Assembly (NCBI GenBank): GCA_963740085.1
Contig: CAVUCU010000001.1
Location: forward strand, 448,001-512,000
Source: Nitrospirota bacterium
GTDB taxonomy: Bacteria; Nitrospirota; UBA9217
Length of the DNA: 64,000 nucleotides
Reading direction: 5' to 3'
Below the pieces are notes generated by a model. It did not search any database. It worked only from the letters and a program-made list of their open reading frames with translations, and had not been told where the DNA came from. How positions within the stretch are numbered: position 1 is the stretch's first letter; every line of letters begins with the position of its first letter. This document shows, piece by piece, positions 51,230 to 61,769 of the stretch. The translations under genes and the position numbers were made by a program.

Positions 51230-52120
51230 ATGCCCAGATCCGTTCTATTGAAATATAGTATTCTCGCTTGTCTCATAACTTCGTTTATGTTCCCCGCGTT
51301 TGTCTTCGCTGACGAGCTCACGTCATCAATAACGGTGACGACTCGACAGGTCCGGGAAGAACAAAATAAGTCGAACGCACCCTTTGTTGAGCTCAATAGA
51401 GAGTATTTCAAAGGGTATGTTACGGATTTCAAGAACATCGTCACGGCGCCTGTTCGCTGGGATCTGGCGCACTGGATCGGGGCGGGGATCGTCACGGGGA
51501 TCACCGCAGGGCTGTACGAGAACGACGCGAAGATCCAGCGATGGGTGCTGAACCATAAAACCACGACCACGGACAATCTCGGCTATAATGTCACCTCTGT
51601 CGGCATCACCTATACACCGGTGCTTCTCGGCGGGATGTACCTGTACGGATATGTCGCACATGACGGTAAAATGCGCGAGACCGTTCTTCTCACGGTTGAG
51701 AGCGTGGTCTTGACCGGTGTCTTTGTTCAGGCGCTCAAGTATGCTACGCAGCGGCACCGGCCCTATACAGGGGACGGTCCTTATGCCTGGGACGGTATCG
51801 GATTTCACGGATCGAACAGTAAGTTCTCCTTCCCCTCGGGCCATGCATCGACGGACTTTGCAATCGCAGCGGTCATCGCCTCCGAGTATGACAACTACAT
51901 AGTACCGCCTCTCGCTTACAGTATCGCGACGATCACCGCTCTTTACCGTATCTCACACAATGACCATTGGTCGACTGATGTCTTTGTCGGATCGGCGATC
52001 GGCTACCTGGCGGGAAAGACACTCGTGACTTCCCACCTGACCGGCAAGGTACCCGACCTCAGTTTGGCGCCGATGATCAACAATGGAGGGACCGGCATCA
52101 TTTTGACCTGTCGATTTTAA
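51230..52120 (+). CDS. PAP2 family phosphatase
   Basis: K...QRHRP, SFPSGH, RI...DHW.TDV. Confidence 0.88.
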   Translation: MPRSVLLKYSILACLITSFMFPAFVFADELTSSITVTTRQVREEQNKSNAPFVELNREYFKGYVTDFKNIVTAPVRWDLAHWIGAGIVTGITAGLYENDAKIQRWVLNHKTTTTDNLGYNVTSVGITYTPVLLGGMYLYGYVAHDGKMRETVLLTVESVVLTGVFVQALKYATQRHRPYTGDGPYAWDGIGFHGSNSKFSFPSGHASTDFAIAAVIASEYDNYIVPPLAYSIATITALYRISHNDHWSTDVFVGSAIGYLAGKTLVTSHLTGKVPDLSLAPMINNGGTGIILTCRF

Positions 52121-52388
52121 CCCGGAATACCTCTCCCTGGTGATATGCGTCATGGATACGATCGAGAAACGCTCCTTCTCCATTACAGTATCCCTATGAA
52201 ATACACCAAAATCGAGAACACTGTTCATCTCTCCACCATTCCTTACGATTCTCCGAGCAGAAATGGCGGCTCCTTTTCCATCCCGTATCAGTTACAATGA
52301 CCTGAAATAAAAGTTATTTTCTATTGCCAAAACCCTGTCCAGAGATTTACAATACGGCGTCATTGCGGGTCGGGGGGGAGAACAAGCA

Positions 52389-53387
52389 TTGAACAAAAAA
52401 GTGGTCGCTCTCATTTCAGGGGGACTCGACAGCGTCCTTGCGGCAAAGATCGTCATGGGGCAGGGCTTCGACATCGTCGGTCTCTACTGCACCTCCCCCT
52501 TTTCCAAAAGCTATGGACGGGAAGAGGAGACCCATGCGGCCGCGGTTTCAAAGGCCATCGGCATCGAACTCCGGATCTTCGACATGGGGCAGGACTATAT
52601 CGAGCTTGTCCGCAGGCCCGCACACGGCTACGGCAAGAATGTGAATCCCTGCATCGACTGCAAGATATTCATGCTGAAGAAGGCGAAGACGGTGATGGAG
52701 GAGCTGAACTCGCCCTTCGTTGTTACCGGCGAGGTCCTCGGGCAACGACCCATGTCCCAGCGCCGCGACACCTTCCCGGTGATCGAGCGTGATGCGGATA
52801 TGCGGGGCATGGTGCTTCGTCCTCTGTCGGCCAAGCTTCTTCCGCCCACCCAGGGTGAGTTGAGCGGGGCAATAGACCGTGAGAAGCTTCTCGGCATAAG
52901 CGGCCGTTCACGGACTGTCCAGCTCCAGCTTGCCGAACGCTACGGCATCAGCGGGTTCTCTACCCCTGCAGGCGGATGCCTGCTCACCGACAAGAACTTC
53001 TCGGCAAAACTGCGTGACCTGTTCGAGGACAAGAATGCCGTCAATTCCAACGACATCCGGCTCTTGACCGTGGGCCGCCATTACCGGATCGATGCCGGGA
53101 TCAAGATCGTCATCGGCCGCGATAACAGTGAAAATAATGTGCTCATGTCCCTCGCTCCTCATGGCTACCACCTTTTCATGCCTCAAGGATTCCCCGGCCC
53201 GGTTGCCTTGCTGAACGGGAATCCCACCCAGGACGTGAAGCAGACCATTGGCCGCCTCATCATCACCTACAGTAAACAGGTCTCGGGCCGCACCTATCGC
53301 ATTCGATTCGGAAACGAGGTATTCGATCCCGGGGAACCGCTTCCGATCGATGTTTCTGGTTTGCGCCGTGTCGGAGCGGATTGTTAG
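52389..53387 (+). CDS. PP-loop tRNA sulfur-modification enzyme (ThiI/MnmA-like, DUF814-type tail)
   Basis: ISGGLDS, NPCIDCK, TGEVLGQRPMSQ, PAGGCLLT, GRHYR. Confidence 0.85.
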   Translation: MNKKVVALISGGLDSVLAAKIVMGQGFDIVGLYCTSPFSKSYGREEETHAAAVSKAIGIELRIFDMGQDYIELVRRPAHGYGKNVNPCIDCKIFMLKKAKTVMEELNSPFVVTGEVLGQRPMSQRRDTFPVIERDADMRGMVLRPLSAKLLPPTQGELSGAIDREKLLGISGRSRTVQLQLAERYGISGFSTPAGGCLLTDKNFSAKLRDLFEDKNAVNSNDIRLLTVGRHYRIDAGIKIVIGRDNSENNVLMSLAPHGYHLFMPQGFPGPVALLNGNPTQDVKQTIGRLIITYSKQVSGRTYRIRFGNEVFDPGEPLPIDVSGLRRVGADC

Positions 53388-53506
53388 CAATCACACTGCT
53401 CTCTCCCATTCAAAATCCTTCTCAGTAACCGAGCGTATTACGAAAAATGGCCGTCCTGCCGCTGTTGCCGATAAAATCATGATACAATATTAATCAGCGA
53501 CAATCG

Positions 53507-54646
53507 GTGATGTACGACCCGGATCATACCGTGCACCAGCGGTCTATTCTCGAGGAGAACATGCCCCGGATCACCATACAAGCGATCGCCACCTATCTTG
53601 AGTCCCTCTATAGCAAACCCGTACGCGTGCTCTCCATGACCACGGAGGGAAAGCAGGAGGCCGGCGATGATCTCAAGGCCTTTGGATATGGCTCGCCCCT
53701 GTTTCTGGAGTATGAGGTCGCCGGGGAGCGGAAGAAGGCCGTGCTCGAGACCATGACTCCTTCCTCCTTCGGCCATGACCACTTCTCTGACCGCGCGCAG
53801 GCCATTCTGTGGGAGCACTCGGCGTTCAACAATCTTCCGCGGCATGTGCGCTCCCTCGACAGCGGCGCCTTTTTGAGTTCAGGAACCATCCTCTCCACAG
53901 GCAAGGTCGAGGAATTTTTTTTGCTGACGGACTTTGTACGGGGGAATGGATACTTCAAGGACCTTGAACGAATAAGGAGGTCGGGTATCGCCACTGACGG
54001 GGACATCACAAGGACCCTGGCCCTCTCCGACTACCTTGTCGAAATCCACTCCACAAAACTCGATTCGCCCGGACTCTATTCCAGAAGGATCCGCGATCTC
54101 CTGGGCCACGGCGAATGCATCATGGGACTGATAGACAACTATCCTCCCGCCTTTGAGTTCATCGATCAACAGCTCCTCAAAAAGATAGAGCTGGCCTGTG
54201 TTGAATGGCGATGGCGCATCAAGCACCGCACACGCCGCCTCTGCCGGGTGCATGGCGATTTTCACCCCTATAACATCCTGTTCCGGGATGGCACTGACTT
54301 CACGCTCCTCGATCGATCACGCGGAGAATGGGGAGAACCGGCGGATGACACCACCTGTCTGAGCATAAACTATCTTTTTTCCTCGCTCGTAAGCTCGGGA
54401 AAGCTTGACGGACCCTTCGAAAGGATGTTCATGTCCTTTTGGGACAACTACCTCTCCAGGACCAATGATCAGGAAATGCTCGAGGTTGCAGCTCCGTTTT
54501 TTGCCTGGCGCGGACTGGTGATCGCAAGCCCTGTCTGGTATCCGCGTCTGACCGTGCGGGCGCGCCAGGCCATTTTCAATTTTATCCAGAACGTCCTGGC
54601 AGCGGACCGGTTCGATCCAGGGGACGTGAACAGGTACCTGTCATGA
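53507..54646 (+). CDS. Aminoglycoside-phosphotransferase-fold kinase
   Basis: VHGDFHPYNILF and LDRSRGEWGEPADD (Brenner-type motifs). Confidence 0.85.
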   Translation: MMYDPDHTVHQRSILEENMPRITIQAIATYLESLYSKPVRVLSMTTEGKQEAGDDLKAFGYGSPLFLEYEVAGERKKAVLETMTPSSFGHDHFSDRAQAILWEHSAFNNLPRHVRSLDSGAFLSSGTILSTGKVEEFFLLTDFVRGNGYFKDLERIRRSGIATDGDITRTLALSDYLVEIHSTKLDSPGLYSRRIRDLLGHGECIMGLIDNYPPAFEFIDQQLLKKIELACVEWRWRIKHRTRRLCRVHGDFHPYNILFRDGTDFTLLDRSRGEWGEPADDTTCLSINYLFSSLVSSGKLDGPFERMFMSFWDNYLSRTNDQEMLEVAAPFFAWRGLVIASPVWYPRLTVRARQAIFNFIQNVLAADRFDPGDVNRYLS

Positions 54647-55170
54647 ATATCGAACAGGCGTTCGCCATCTGGATTACCGGCATCCCGGCGTCTGGCAAAA
54701 GTTCCCTGACCCGGGAACTGGTGAAAAAACTGGCGATACGGGGGATTTCGGTCGTCGTGCTGGAGTCGGACGAAATGAGAAAGATACTCACCCCTTTTCC
54801 GACCTATGAACAGGAAGAACGAGATGCCTTTTATCGGTCGCTGGCGCTGATCGGTGGTGTGATCACCAGGAGCGGCGTACCGGTGATCTTCGATGCAACA
54901 GCGAACAAGCGGGCCTATCGGGAGTTTGCGCGTACACTTGTTCCCCGCTTCGTGGAAGCATATGTAACATGCCCTCTTGAAACCTGCATGAAACGGGATC
55001 CCAAAGGGATATATGGTCGAGCGGCTGCCGGCAAGACAAGCACGGTCCCCGGAATTCAGGCGACCTATGAACCGCCCCGTAACCCCGCTATCACGCTTGA
55101 CGGCCGGAACCCCCCGGAAGAGGCAGCAGATGCTGTTGTAGACATCCTGAAGCAGCTGCTGTATATATAA
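54643..55170 (+). CDS. Adenylyl-sulfate kinase-like P-loop kinase
   Basis: WITGIPASGKS, RDPKGIY, VPG.Q..YEPP. Confidence 0.85.
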   Translation: MNIEQAFAIWITGIPASGKSSLTRELVKKLAIRGISVVVLESDEMRKILTPFPTYEQEERDAFYRSLALIGGVITRSGVPVIFDATANKRAYREFARTLVPRFVEAYVTCPLETCMKRDPKGIYGRAAAGKTSTVPGIQATYEPPRNPAITLDGRNPPEEAADAVVDILKQLLYI

Positions 55171-55238
55171 ACAGTTCTTTCCTCCCTATTTGTGAAACTC
55201 ATTTGACTGCCCATCGCCTGTCCGATAAAATGCGTGCC

Positions 55239-55685
55239 ATGGCTAAAAAAGTAACATATGAACGGTGGATAAATATTTTTCTTCCCGATGCATGGACCGA
55301 ACGGGAAGAAATGGGTTTTATACTCCTGGAAAGGGACGGCTGGCCAGGCATGATGCAACTCTCGTTCATCGAGAGGGACGAGATAAAAACGCCACCGTTG
55401 GAGGCCGCCCGAATACTCCTCGAAGACACCCTGGAGGAGCGTGATGTGCCCTTCCCTCGTGAAGCAGTAAAGGTAGAAGAACGGGGGGACATGGGAATAG
55501 CGGCCCTGGATTATACGTATGACATCAAAGAAGGAACGACCCATTGGCGCATCTGGTTTCTCGTTGATAAAACACGGGCGGTCATGGCCGCTTATGTGAG
55601 CGACCCTGAACACCTCAATCCCTCCCTGGATGAAGCCGCGCGTATCATCTCGGACATCGAATTTATCCCGAGCACAAACGACTGA
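55239..55685 (+). CDS. Hypothetical protein
   Basis: Clean ORF; TTGACT-N17-TAAAAT promoter just upstream. Confidence 0.7.
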   Translation: MAKKVTYERWINIFLPDAWTEREEMGFILLERDGWPGMMQLSFIERDEIKTPPLEAARILLEDTLEERDVPFPREAVKVEERGDMGIAALDYTYDIKEGTTHWRIWFLVDKTRAVMAAYVSDPEHLNPSLDEAARIISDIEFIPSTND

Positions 55686-55763
55686 GCGATCCATCCTCTG
55701 TACAAACCCGGAACAACCATAACGTTGCTGATCAGTCATCAAAGAAATCAGGCCGCAATAGAA

Positions 55764-55797
55764 AAAGGGCGCGAATACCTCTTCGCGCCCTTTGTTT
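55764..55797. terminator. Bidirectional intrinsic terminator
   Basis: aaagggcgcgaa-tacctc-ttcgcgcccttt with A/T tails, between convergent genes. Confidence 0.85.
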
Positions 55798-55820
55798 CAT
55801 TCCCCTGGAATATTAAATAA

Positions 55821-57185
55821 TCACACATACTCCCGCAACATCTTGCTCCGGGCCGGATGACGCAATTTCTTAAGCGCTTTGATCTCTATCTGCCTGATCC
55901 TCTCGCGCGTCAGATTAAAGAACTTGCCGACCTCTTCGAGCGTGTGTTCGCTGTTGACTCCGATACCAAACCGCATCCTGATAATTTTCTCTTCACGCTC
56001 GGTGAGTGACGAGAGCACCTGCTCGATGCGGCTTGAAGCTTCGTTGTTCTCCAGCGTCTTAAAGGGCGAGATTGCTTTCTCGTCGATGATCACGTCCTTG
56101 AGTTCCTTCTCTTCCGAGAGGATCGGCGTCTCCAGAGATACCGGCTCCTGGATCGCCCGCAGGATCTCGTTTACCCGCACAACGGAGAGACCCATGATCT
56201 TCGATACTTCCTCGGGAGAAGGCTCCCTTCCCTTTTCACGCATAAACTTTGCAAAAATGCGGCTGATGCGGGTGCTTTCTTCGATCAGGTGCACCGGCAG
56301 TCGAATGGTGCGTGCCTGGTCCAGGATGGCGCGGGTGATCCGCTGCCTGATCCACCATGTGGAATAGGTGCTGAACTTGGTTCCCTTGCCCGACTCATAC
56401 CGGTCCGATGCCTTCATGAGGCCGATATTGCCTTCCTGAATCAGGTCGAGAAGAGTCAGACCCCGGTTCACGTATTTTTTCGCGATCGAGACCACAAGCC
56501 TCATGTTGGCCTGGACAAGCACATCTTTGGCCTCCTTTACCTTGACCTCGACGGTATCGATGCGGCTGACCATATCCAGGATGGTCGCCTCGTCGAGACC
56601 GAGCTTCTCGATGTCGGCAGTAATGCCGCGCTCGGCCTGCTTGCCCAATGCCGCGAGCTTCTTGAGCATCTTCTCGATCTCGCGGAAGGAGAGGCTCATC
56701 TCGTTCAGCGTGGTCGTCGCCCGCTCCATGTCGCGCCTGGCCACCTGCCTCTTAAGCCTGTTGTAGAGGCGCATGAACTCAGCCTCGTACGAGTCCTTCC
56801 ACTCGCCCGGGAAACGGAGCACATCCTGCGCCTTCACGAGCCCCTGCTTGATGTTCGCGCCCAACGCCAGGACTCTCGGGATCGCAAGCGGAGAACTCAA
56901 GGCGATCTCTTTAAGCACAGCCTTGCCTCCCTCCAGGGTTCGGACGTATTCCTGCTCTTCCTCTATCTTCAGCATGGGGAATCTTCCGACGGACTTAAGA
57001 TAGGTGTCGACAAGGTCAGCTCCTGCAACAGCCACCTCTTCGGCAACCTCAGCGACCTCTGCCGGAGAAGGTTCCTCTTCTTCCTCTTCTTCCTCCGCGA
57101 ACTCCTCAGCCAGATCCTCTACTATTTCCTCGGGCATCCCATCGGGATACCGGCTCTTTTCCTCTGATATTGCTATTTTGCTCAT
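55821..57185 (-). CDS. RpoD-like sigma70 factor (group 1/2-like, short acidic N-terminus)
   Basis: ANMRLVVSIAKKY, DLIQEGNIGLM, KFSTYSTWWIRQ, TLEEVG...TRERIRQIE. Confidence 0.93.
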   Translation of the reverse strand: MSKIAISEEKSRYPDGMPEEIVEDLAEEFAEEEEEEEEPSPAEVAEVAEEVAVAGADLVDTYLKSVGRFPMLKIEEEQEYVRTLEGGKAVLKEIALSSPLAIPRVLALGANIKQGLVKAQDVLRFPGEWKDSYEAEFMRLYNRLKRQVARRDMERATTTLNEMSLSFREIEKMLKKLAALGKQAERGITADIEKLGLDEATILDMVSRIDTVEVKVKEAKDVLVQANMRLVVSIAKKYVNRGLTLLDLIQEGNIGLMKASDRYESGKGTKFSTYSTWWIRQRITRAILDQARTIRLPVHLIEESTRISRIFAKFMREKGREPSPEEVSKIMGLSVVRVNEILRAIQEPVSLETPILSEEKELKDVIIDEKAISPFKTLENNEASSRIEQVLSSLTEREEKIIRMRFGIGVNSEHTLEEVGKFFNLTRERIRQIEIKALKKLRHPARSKMLREYV

Positions 57186-57368
57186 TTTCCCTGCCTTTCA
57201 ATCTCTTCTTAATTCAATTATAGCAAAAACAAGTACTACGTCAAACACTAATTATAATTTTAGAGTACTTTCAACTTAGTCGTGCAAAACCTTGTTCGGG
57301 TGGATAAAACATGCGGTCCAGCCATTTTCATTTTTCCCGGGATGATTTTTATGTTATACTCGCATCCC

Positions 57369-58346
57369 ATGGACCTCTTTTATCTGTTATTTCCCGTATC
57401 GGGCGTAAGAACATGGGTATTTCTCCCACCAATCGTAGCATTTGTGGTCTCTACATTCACCTCCATGGCAGGCGTGTCCGGGGCCTTTCTTCTGCTTCCC
57501 TTTCAGATGAGCGTCCTTGGTTTCACCAGTCCGGCAGTCAGTTCAACGAATTTTGTGTACAACATCTTTGCGATTCCCAGCGGTGTCTACCGGTATTTCA
57601 AAGAAGGCCGTATGGCATGGCCCCTCACCTGGGTGGTGATCGTCGGCACCCTGCCGGGCGTTTTTATCGGTTACTACCTTCGGGTCTTCTACCTCCCGGA
57701 CCCGCGTACGTTCAAGCTCTTTGTCGGTCTCGTGCTTCTCTACATCGGGAGCAGGCTTCTGTATGAGATCACGGGGAAAGCTCGGGCGAGCAACGCGAAA
57801 CTCAGCGAACTGAACAAAAAATTTTCGGAAAGGGCCAGCCTCATGAAGGAGCAACGCAAATCCCAGGCCGCAGCAGGGCTGCCTCCGGATGCGGTGGTCA
57901 AGACCATCACCTTCAATCTGAAGGTCATTGAGTACGAGTTCTGGGGTGAACACTTCCGGTTCAGCGTGCCTGCCATGTTTCTGCTTGCTTTTGTCGTGGG
58001 TGTCATCGGCGGGATCTACGGTATCGGCGGCGGAGCGATCATTGCCCCGTTCTGTGTGGCCGTTTTCCATTTGCCGGTTTATACGGTTGCGGGCGCGGCA
58101 TTGCTCGGCACGTTCCTCACGTCGATCGTCGGGGTCTTCTTTTACAGCATACTGCCTGCAACAGGAGGAGTCTCTACATCACCGGACTGGGCGCTGGGTT
58201 TCCTCTTCGGGGTCGGCGGGTTTGCGGGGATGTATCTTGGCGCGCGGCTCCAGAAATACATTCCCGAGAAATTCATCAAACTCATGCTCGGGATCATGAT
58301 CACTACCCTTGCATTGAAATATATCATTCAGTATTTCGTGAAATAG
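57369..58346 (+). CDS. TauE/SafE (TSUP) family transporter
   Basis: SMAGVSGAFLLLP, GIYGIGGGAI.AP, GMYLGARLQ. Confidence 0.88.
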   Translation: MDLFYLLFPVSGVRTWVFLPPIVAFVVSTFTSMAGVSGAFLLLPFQMSVLGFTSPAVSSTNFVYNIFAIPSGVYRYFKEGRMAWPLTWVVIVGTLPGVFIGYYLRVFYLPDPRTFKLFVGLVLLYIGSRLLYEITGKARASNAKLSELNKKFSERASLMKEQRKSQAAAGLPPDAVVKTITFNLKVIEYEFWGEHFRFSVPAMFLLAFVVGVIGGIYGIGGGAIIAPFCVAVFHLPVYTVAGAALLGTFLTSIVGVFFYSILPATGGVSTSPDWALGFLFGVGGFAGMYLGARLQKYIPEKFIKLMLGIMITTLALKYIIQYFVK

Positions 58347-58397
58347 AAAAGTCTTTCCGGGAAGAGTGCCGGCAACCAGCCGTCCGACAAGCAGTTC

Positions 58398-58973
58398 CTA
58401 CGCGAGGCCCCTGCTGCCCGGTTTCACCGGCTTACCGCCCGCCTTGCACATCGGGCACGTCTCCGGTGTATACGCGGGAACCATGAGGGTAACGAGCGAT
58501 TGGTAAGGAACTCCGATGTCCGCTTTGCCGCCGGAACGATCAATGAGCGACGCCGCGGCAACGACGACTCCGCCCGCTTTCTGCACGACATTGATGGTCT
58601 CTCTCGTCGATTTGCCTGTCGTTATCACATCTTCCACAACAAGCACACGCTCACCCTGCTTGATCGTGAACCCGCGGCGAAGCAAGAGTTCCCCGGTCAC
58701 TCGTTCGGCGAATATCGCGCGTACTCCCAATGCCCGGGCCGTTTCATGCGAAACGAACACCCCGCCCAGCGCCGGTGCGATTACGACCTCGATCGTTGAA
58801 TCCTTGAATTTCTCAGCGAGCGCCGCGCAGAGCTTCGTTGCAATCTCTGGCTGCTGCAGCACCAGTGCACTCTGCAGGTACTGTTCGCTGTGAAGACCTG
58901 ACGAGAGCAAAAAGTGCCCGCTCAGCAAGGCACCGGTCTTTTTGTAAATGTCCAACACCTGTTCTGACGTCAT
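58398..58973 (-). CDS. pyrE: Orotate phosphoribosyltransferase
   Basis: GHFLLSSG.HS, VLVVEDVITTG. Confidence 0.96.
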   Translation of the reverse strand: MTSEQVLDIYKKTGALLSGHFLLSSGLHSEQYLQSALVLQQPEIATKLCAALAEKFKDSTIEVVIAPALGGVFVSHETARALGVRAIFAERVTGELLLRRGFTIKQGERVLVVEDVITTGKSTRETINVVQKAGGVVVAAASLIDRSGGKADIGVPYQSLVTLMVPAYTPETCPMCKAGGKPVKPGSRGLA

Positions 58974-59047
58974 TTTTCTCTTCCCTACCTCGCCCCATCA
59001 TTTTTCTATTTGGAATTCAGCGGTCATGAACCGGAATCCGGAAGGAC

Positions 59048-59824
59048 TTACGCTGACGGCTGACTTCTGGCTTCCGCCTTCTTTCCATTCTCATGGCGCA
59101 TCGTAATCTCTTCCAGAATCTTCTCCACCGCGGCCTTTCGATCACTCGCTTTCAGCACCGGTCTTCCTACTACGATATAGTCAGCACCGGCCTTGACCGC
59201 CTCTCCCGGCGTCATGACCCGCTTCTGGTCGTCCCTGTCCGCCCATACCGGACGTACCCCGGGCGTGAGAATGATGAATTCACCACGAACAGCCCTGCGC
59301 AGCGTCTTGATCTCCTGCGGCGAGGCGACCACTCCGTGCATTCCGGCGCGCTGGGCAAGCCGCGCCAGGTGGGCGACTTCCCGCCGGAGCGAACGGGTTA
59401 TTTTAAGCTCTTTCCGCATACTTTTTTCGTCCATGCTCGTGAGGACGGTTACTGCGAGCATCACAGGCAAAGGCACGTTGAGTTTTTCCGCTGTTTCCTT
59501 CGCCGATTCCGCCGCAGCCTTCATCATGTCGAGCCCGCCCAGTGAGTGGACGTTGAAAATGCTCACGCCGAGTTTCACGGCTTCGGCAGAGGCTTTGGCC
59601 ACGGTATTCGGGATATCGTGGAATTTAAGGTCGAGAAATACCCGGCCTCCCATGCCGGTGATGCGGTGCACGATGTCCGGACCGTAGGCGGTATAAAGCT
59701 GAAGACCGATCTTGAACACACCGACCGAATCCTTGAGTTCGGCAACGATACCAAGCGCCTCCCGGTCGTTATCGACATCCAGGGCAAGGGCAAGACGTTC
59801 TTTTGCGGTAAATGAAATAGCCAT
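59048..59824 (-). CDS. pyrF: Orotidine-5'-phosphate decarboxylase
   Basis: FLDLKFHDIPNT, VTVLTS, TPGVR, DDQKR, VVGRP. Confidence 0.97.
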   Translation of the reverse strand: MAISFTAKERLALALDVDNDREALGIVAELKDSVGVFKIGLQLYTAYGPDIVHRITGMGGRVFLDLKFHDIPNTVAKASAEAVKLGVSIFNVHSLGGLDMMKAAAESAKETAEKLNVPLPVMLAVTVLTSMDEKSMRKELKITRSLRREVAHLARLAQRAGMHGVVASPQEIKTLRRAVRGEFIILTPGVRPVWADRDDQKRVMTPGEAVKAGADYIVVGRPVLKASDRKAAVEKILEEITMRHENGKKAEARSQPSA

Positions 59825-59837
59825 AATAGGTTCTCAA

Positions 59838-59912
59838 GGGTCATGGGTCCGGGGTCCGGCAGGACCGTCTCGCTCGTTACTTCTTTGCGCCCTGCCCCTG
59901 CGTTCCTGATCC
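59838..59912. repeat. Degenerate GGGTCC / CCCTG heptamer palindrome
   Basis: gggtcat gggtccg gggtccg ... gccctg cccctg ttcctg. Confidence 0.5.
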
Positions 59913-59916
59913 TTCT

Positions 59917-60486
59917 CTAGTAAATTCTGAGCAGGCTCAGCAACCGGTCCTTGAACATTTCCGCCAACATTTGCAAACTCGGAATGAGCAGAAACTCATT
60001 GGCATTATTTGAAAAGAGTATCCACGCCTCGGCGGGAAAATCCTTGGTCTCCTGGGACAGTTCCACATGCAGGTTCACCTTCGGCAAAGCTCGTACCGTG
60101 ATCGCCATGTCGCTGCCGATAAGACTCGGCGTCGTTTCGGCATCCACCATGGGCAGGATGGTGTTCGCGCGGGTAATGATCTCCATCGCATAGTTGCTGA
60201 TCGGCAATTCCACTTTTTTCCTGAAATCCGGCGACGATTGACCCGAGAAATCCCCGATCGCGCGCCAGGGCGTCAGGCTCAGCGTTGTACCGGATGAGGA
60301 AATATAGTCGTGGATCACCGTGGTATGGATCTCAGGGGCCTGCTGACCATGAAGAAAGACACCGCCATGACGGACCACGTAATCCTGCCCGAGCATGCCG
60401 AGGAGAAGCGCGTCCTCTTCTTCATTATAGAGAGCACTGATCCGTTCCGCCTGTTTTGGGAAGGAGGTGTGCACAAATGCTTTCAC
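59917..60486 (-). CDS. DUF3786-like protein
   Basis: ALPKV......E.FPAEA.ILF..NA..FL; GTG start after GGAGG. Confidence 0.65.
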   Translation of the reverse strand: MKAFVHTSFPKQAERISALYNEEEDALLLGMLGQDYVVRHGGVFLHGQQAPEIHTTVIHDYISSSGTTLSLTPWRAIGDFSGQSSPDFRKKVELPISNYAMEIITRANTILPMVDAETTPSLIGSDMAITVRALPKVNLHVELSQETKDFPAEAWILFSNNANEFLLIPSLQMLAEMFKDRLLSLLRIY

Positions 60487-60570
60487 AATGGCCTCCGGCC
60501 GTGAATATTCGATGAAAGTCCTGCCAATACCCGGGAAAAAGGACAACAGGAAAAGGACAAGACCATGGCA

Positions 60571-61056
60571 TCAGGCTTCCTGCTTTATTCGCTGGATGAT
60601 TTCTGCGATCAAGTCCTGAAAATTGAATTGAAGATGGATGATATCGGAAGGGAAGCAATCCTCAAACTGGTAATCGCCCTGATCCAGCAGAATGAGGCTG
60701 AAAAGAATCTCCTTCACCTGGGCCTTTAAACCGCCAAACAGGTCCTTGGAAGCTATGAGTCCGTTCTCGACTAGGATTGCCCCCAGTTTTTTTAATCCCG
60801 CGTTTTTTTTGTAGAGCTGGGTTGCATAGTCCAGGTTCTCACGCTTGAGCTTGCCGGTTCTCACGAGAATTTCACCGAGCCTGTCATGATTGCTGGTGGA
60901 CGTGGCAAAGACGACCTGTCCGCTTTTGATAAAAATGCACTTCTTCGCATCACCGCTGCTCACGGTCATGGTGCCGGTTGCTTTTCTCTGGCGAAGCTGC
61001 TCCAAAACATCCATGATCGGCGTAAAAGAAATTTTCCCTGAAAGCGTAATAGACAT
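60571..61056 (-). CDS. DUF4388 (PATAN-like) domain protein
   Basis: LSGKI....DVL..L...K.TG, DRLGEILV..G, LGAILVE.G. Confidence 0.85.
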   Translation of the reverse strand: MSITLSGKISFTPIMDVLEQLRQRKATGTMTVSSGDAKKCIFIKSGQVVFATSTSNHDRLGEILVRTGKLKRENLDYATQLYKKNAGLKKLGAILVENGLIASKDLFGGLKAQVKEILFSLILLDQGDYQFEDCFPSDIIHLQFNFQDLIAEIIQRIKQEA

Positions 61057-61142
61057 AATTCATAAGCTTGCAATTGTGGAGTCCCGCAGATCGCCCAGGA
61101 CCGTTATGGTTATCACCTCACACTCACCTGAGGCAACAGGTC

Positions 61143-61769
61143 CTAATACTCAAACCTGATCCCCGCACCGCCCACCGTGCTGGGACCGGCTTTTAATTCC
61201 AGGAGCACCATAAACTTTTGACTCAGCTTCCATTCGATGCCGCCGAAAACGTATAACGACGTATTGCCGTCCTCAGGCAGCGATCCGCGCAAGGCCGCCA
61301 TCTCGAGTCCGCCATAAGGTGTGAACTTGTACCCCCGGTCGGTCAGCGGGAAACTCTTGCTGAAGATGGTCGAAAACGTCAGTTCACTCGCGTTCTTGTT
61401 GTGGAGGATCGTGTTATCCAGTCCAAGATCCACTGCCATGTCGATCGGCACCCCTTCGGATTCCTTGATCAGCTGATACTTGAGATCACCGCCGATCAAC
61501 GCTCCGAGACTATCGCCTGAATCGATCGATACCAGGGCCGCCCCAAACCTGACGCCTACTTCCAACATCGCCCCCAAACCGTAGCGAACCTCGGGATAAT
61601 AGCTCTTGTAATGATCGCCGAGTGTAAAGTGGATCCCGGCCTGGGTCATCCCCGCATCGAGGCTCTCCGCAGTGGTGAATACATTCTGTGTAAAATGGGG
61701 TTCAGCTCCCGCCAGACCGGCTGACAGAACCAGAAAAATTCCTAAGCACCAGGGGATCATCTTATTCAT
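61143..61769 (-). CDS. Putative outer-membrane beta-barrel protein
   Basis: Signal peptide, amphipathic strands, C-terminal GIRFEY. Confidence 0.7.
   Translation of the reverse strand: MNKMIPWCLGIFLVLSAGLAGAEPHFTQNVFTTAESLDAGMTQAGIHFTLGDHYKSYYPEVRYGLGAMLEVGVRFGAALVSIDSGDSLGALIGGDLKYQLIKESEGVPIDMAVDLGLDNTILHNKNASELTFSTIFSKSFPLTDRGYKFTPYGGLEMAALRGSLPEDGNTSLYVFGGIEWKLSQKFMVLLELKAGPSTVGGAGIRFEY

Noticed and set aside
51010-52228. Short minus-strand ORFs at 50955-51173 and 51953-52228
   Set aside because: They overlap supported genes and show no recognisable homology; possible remnants, but unsupported.
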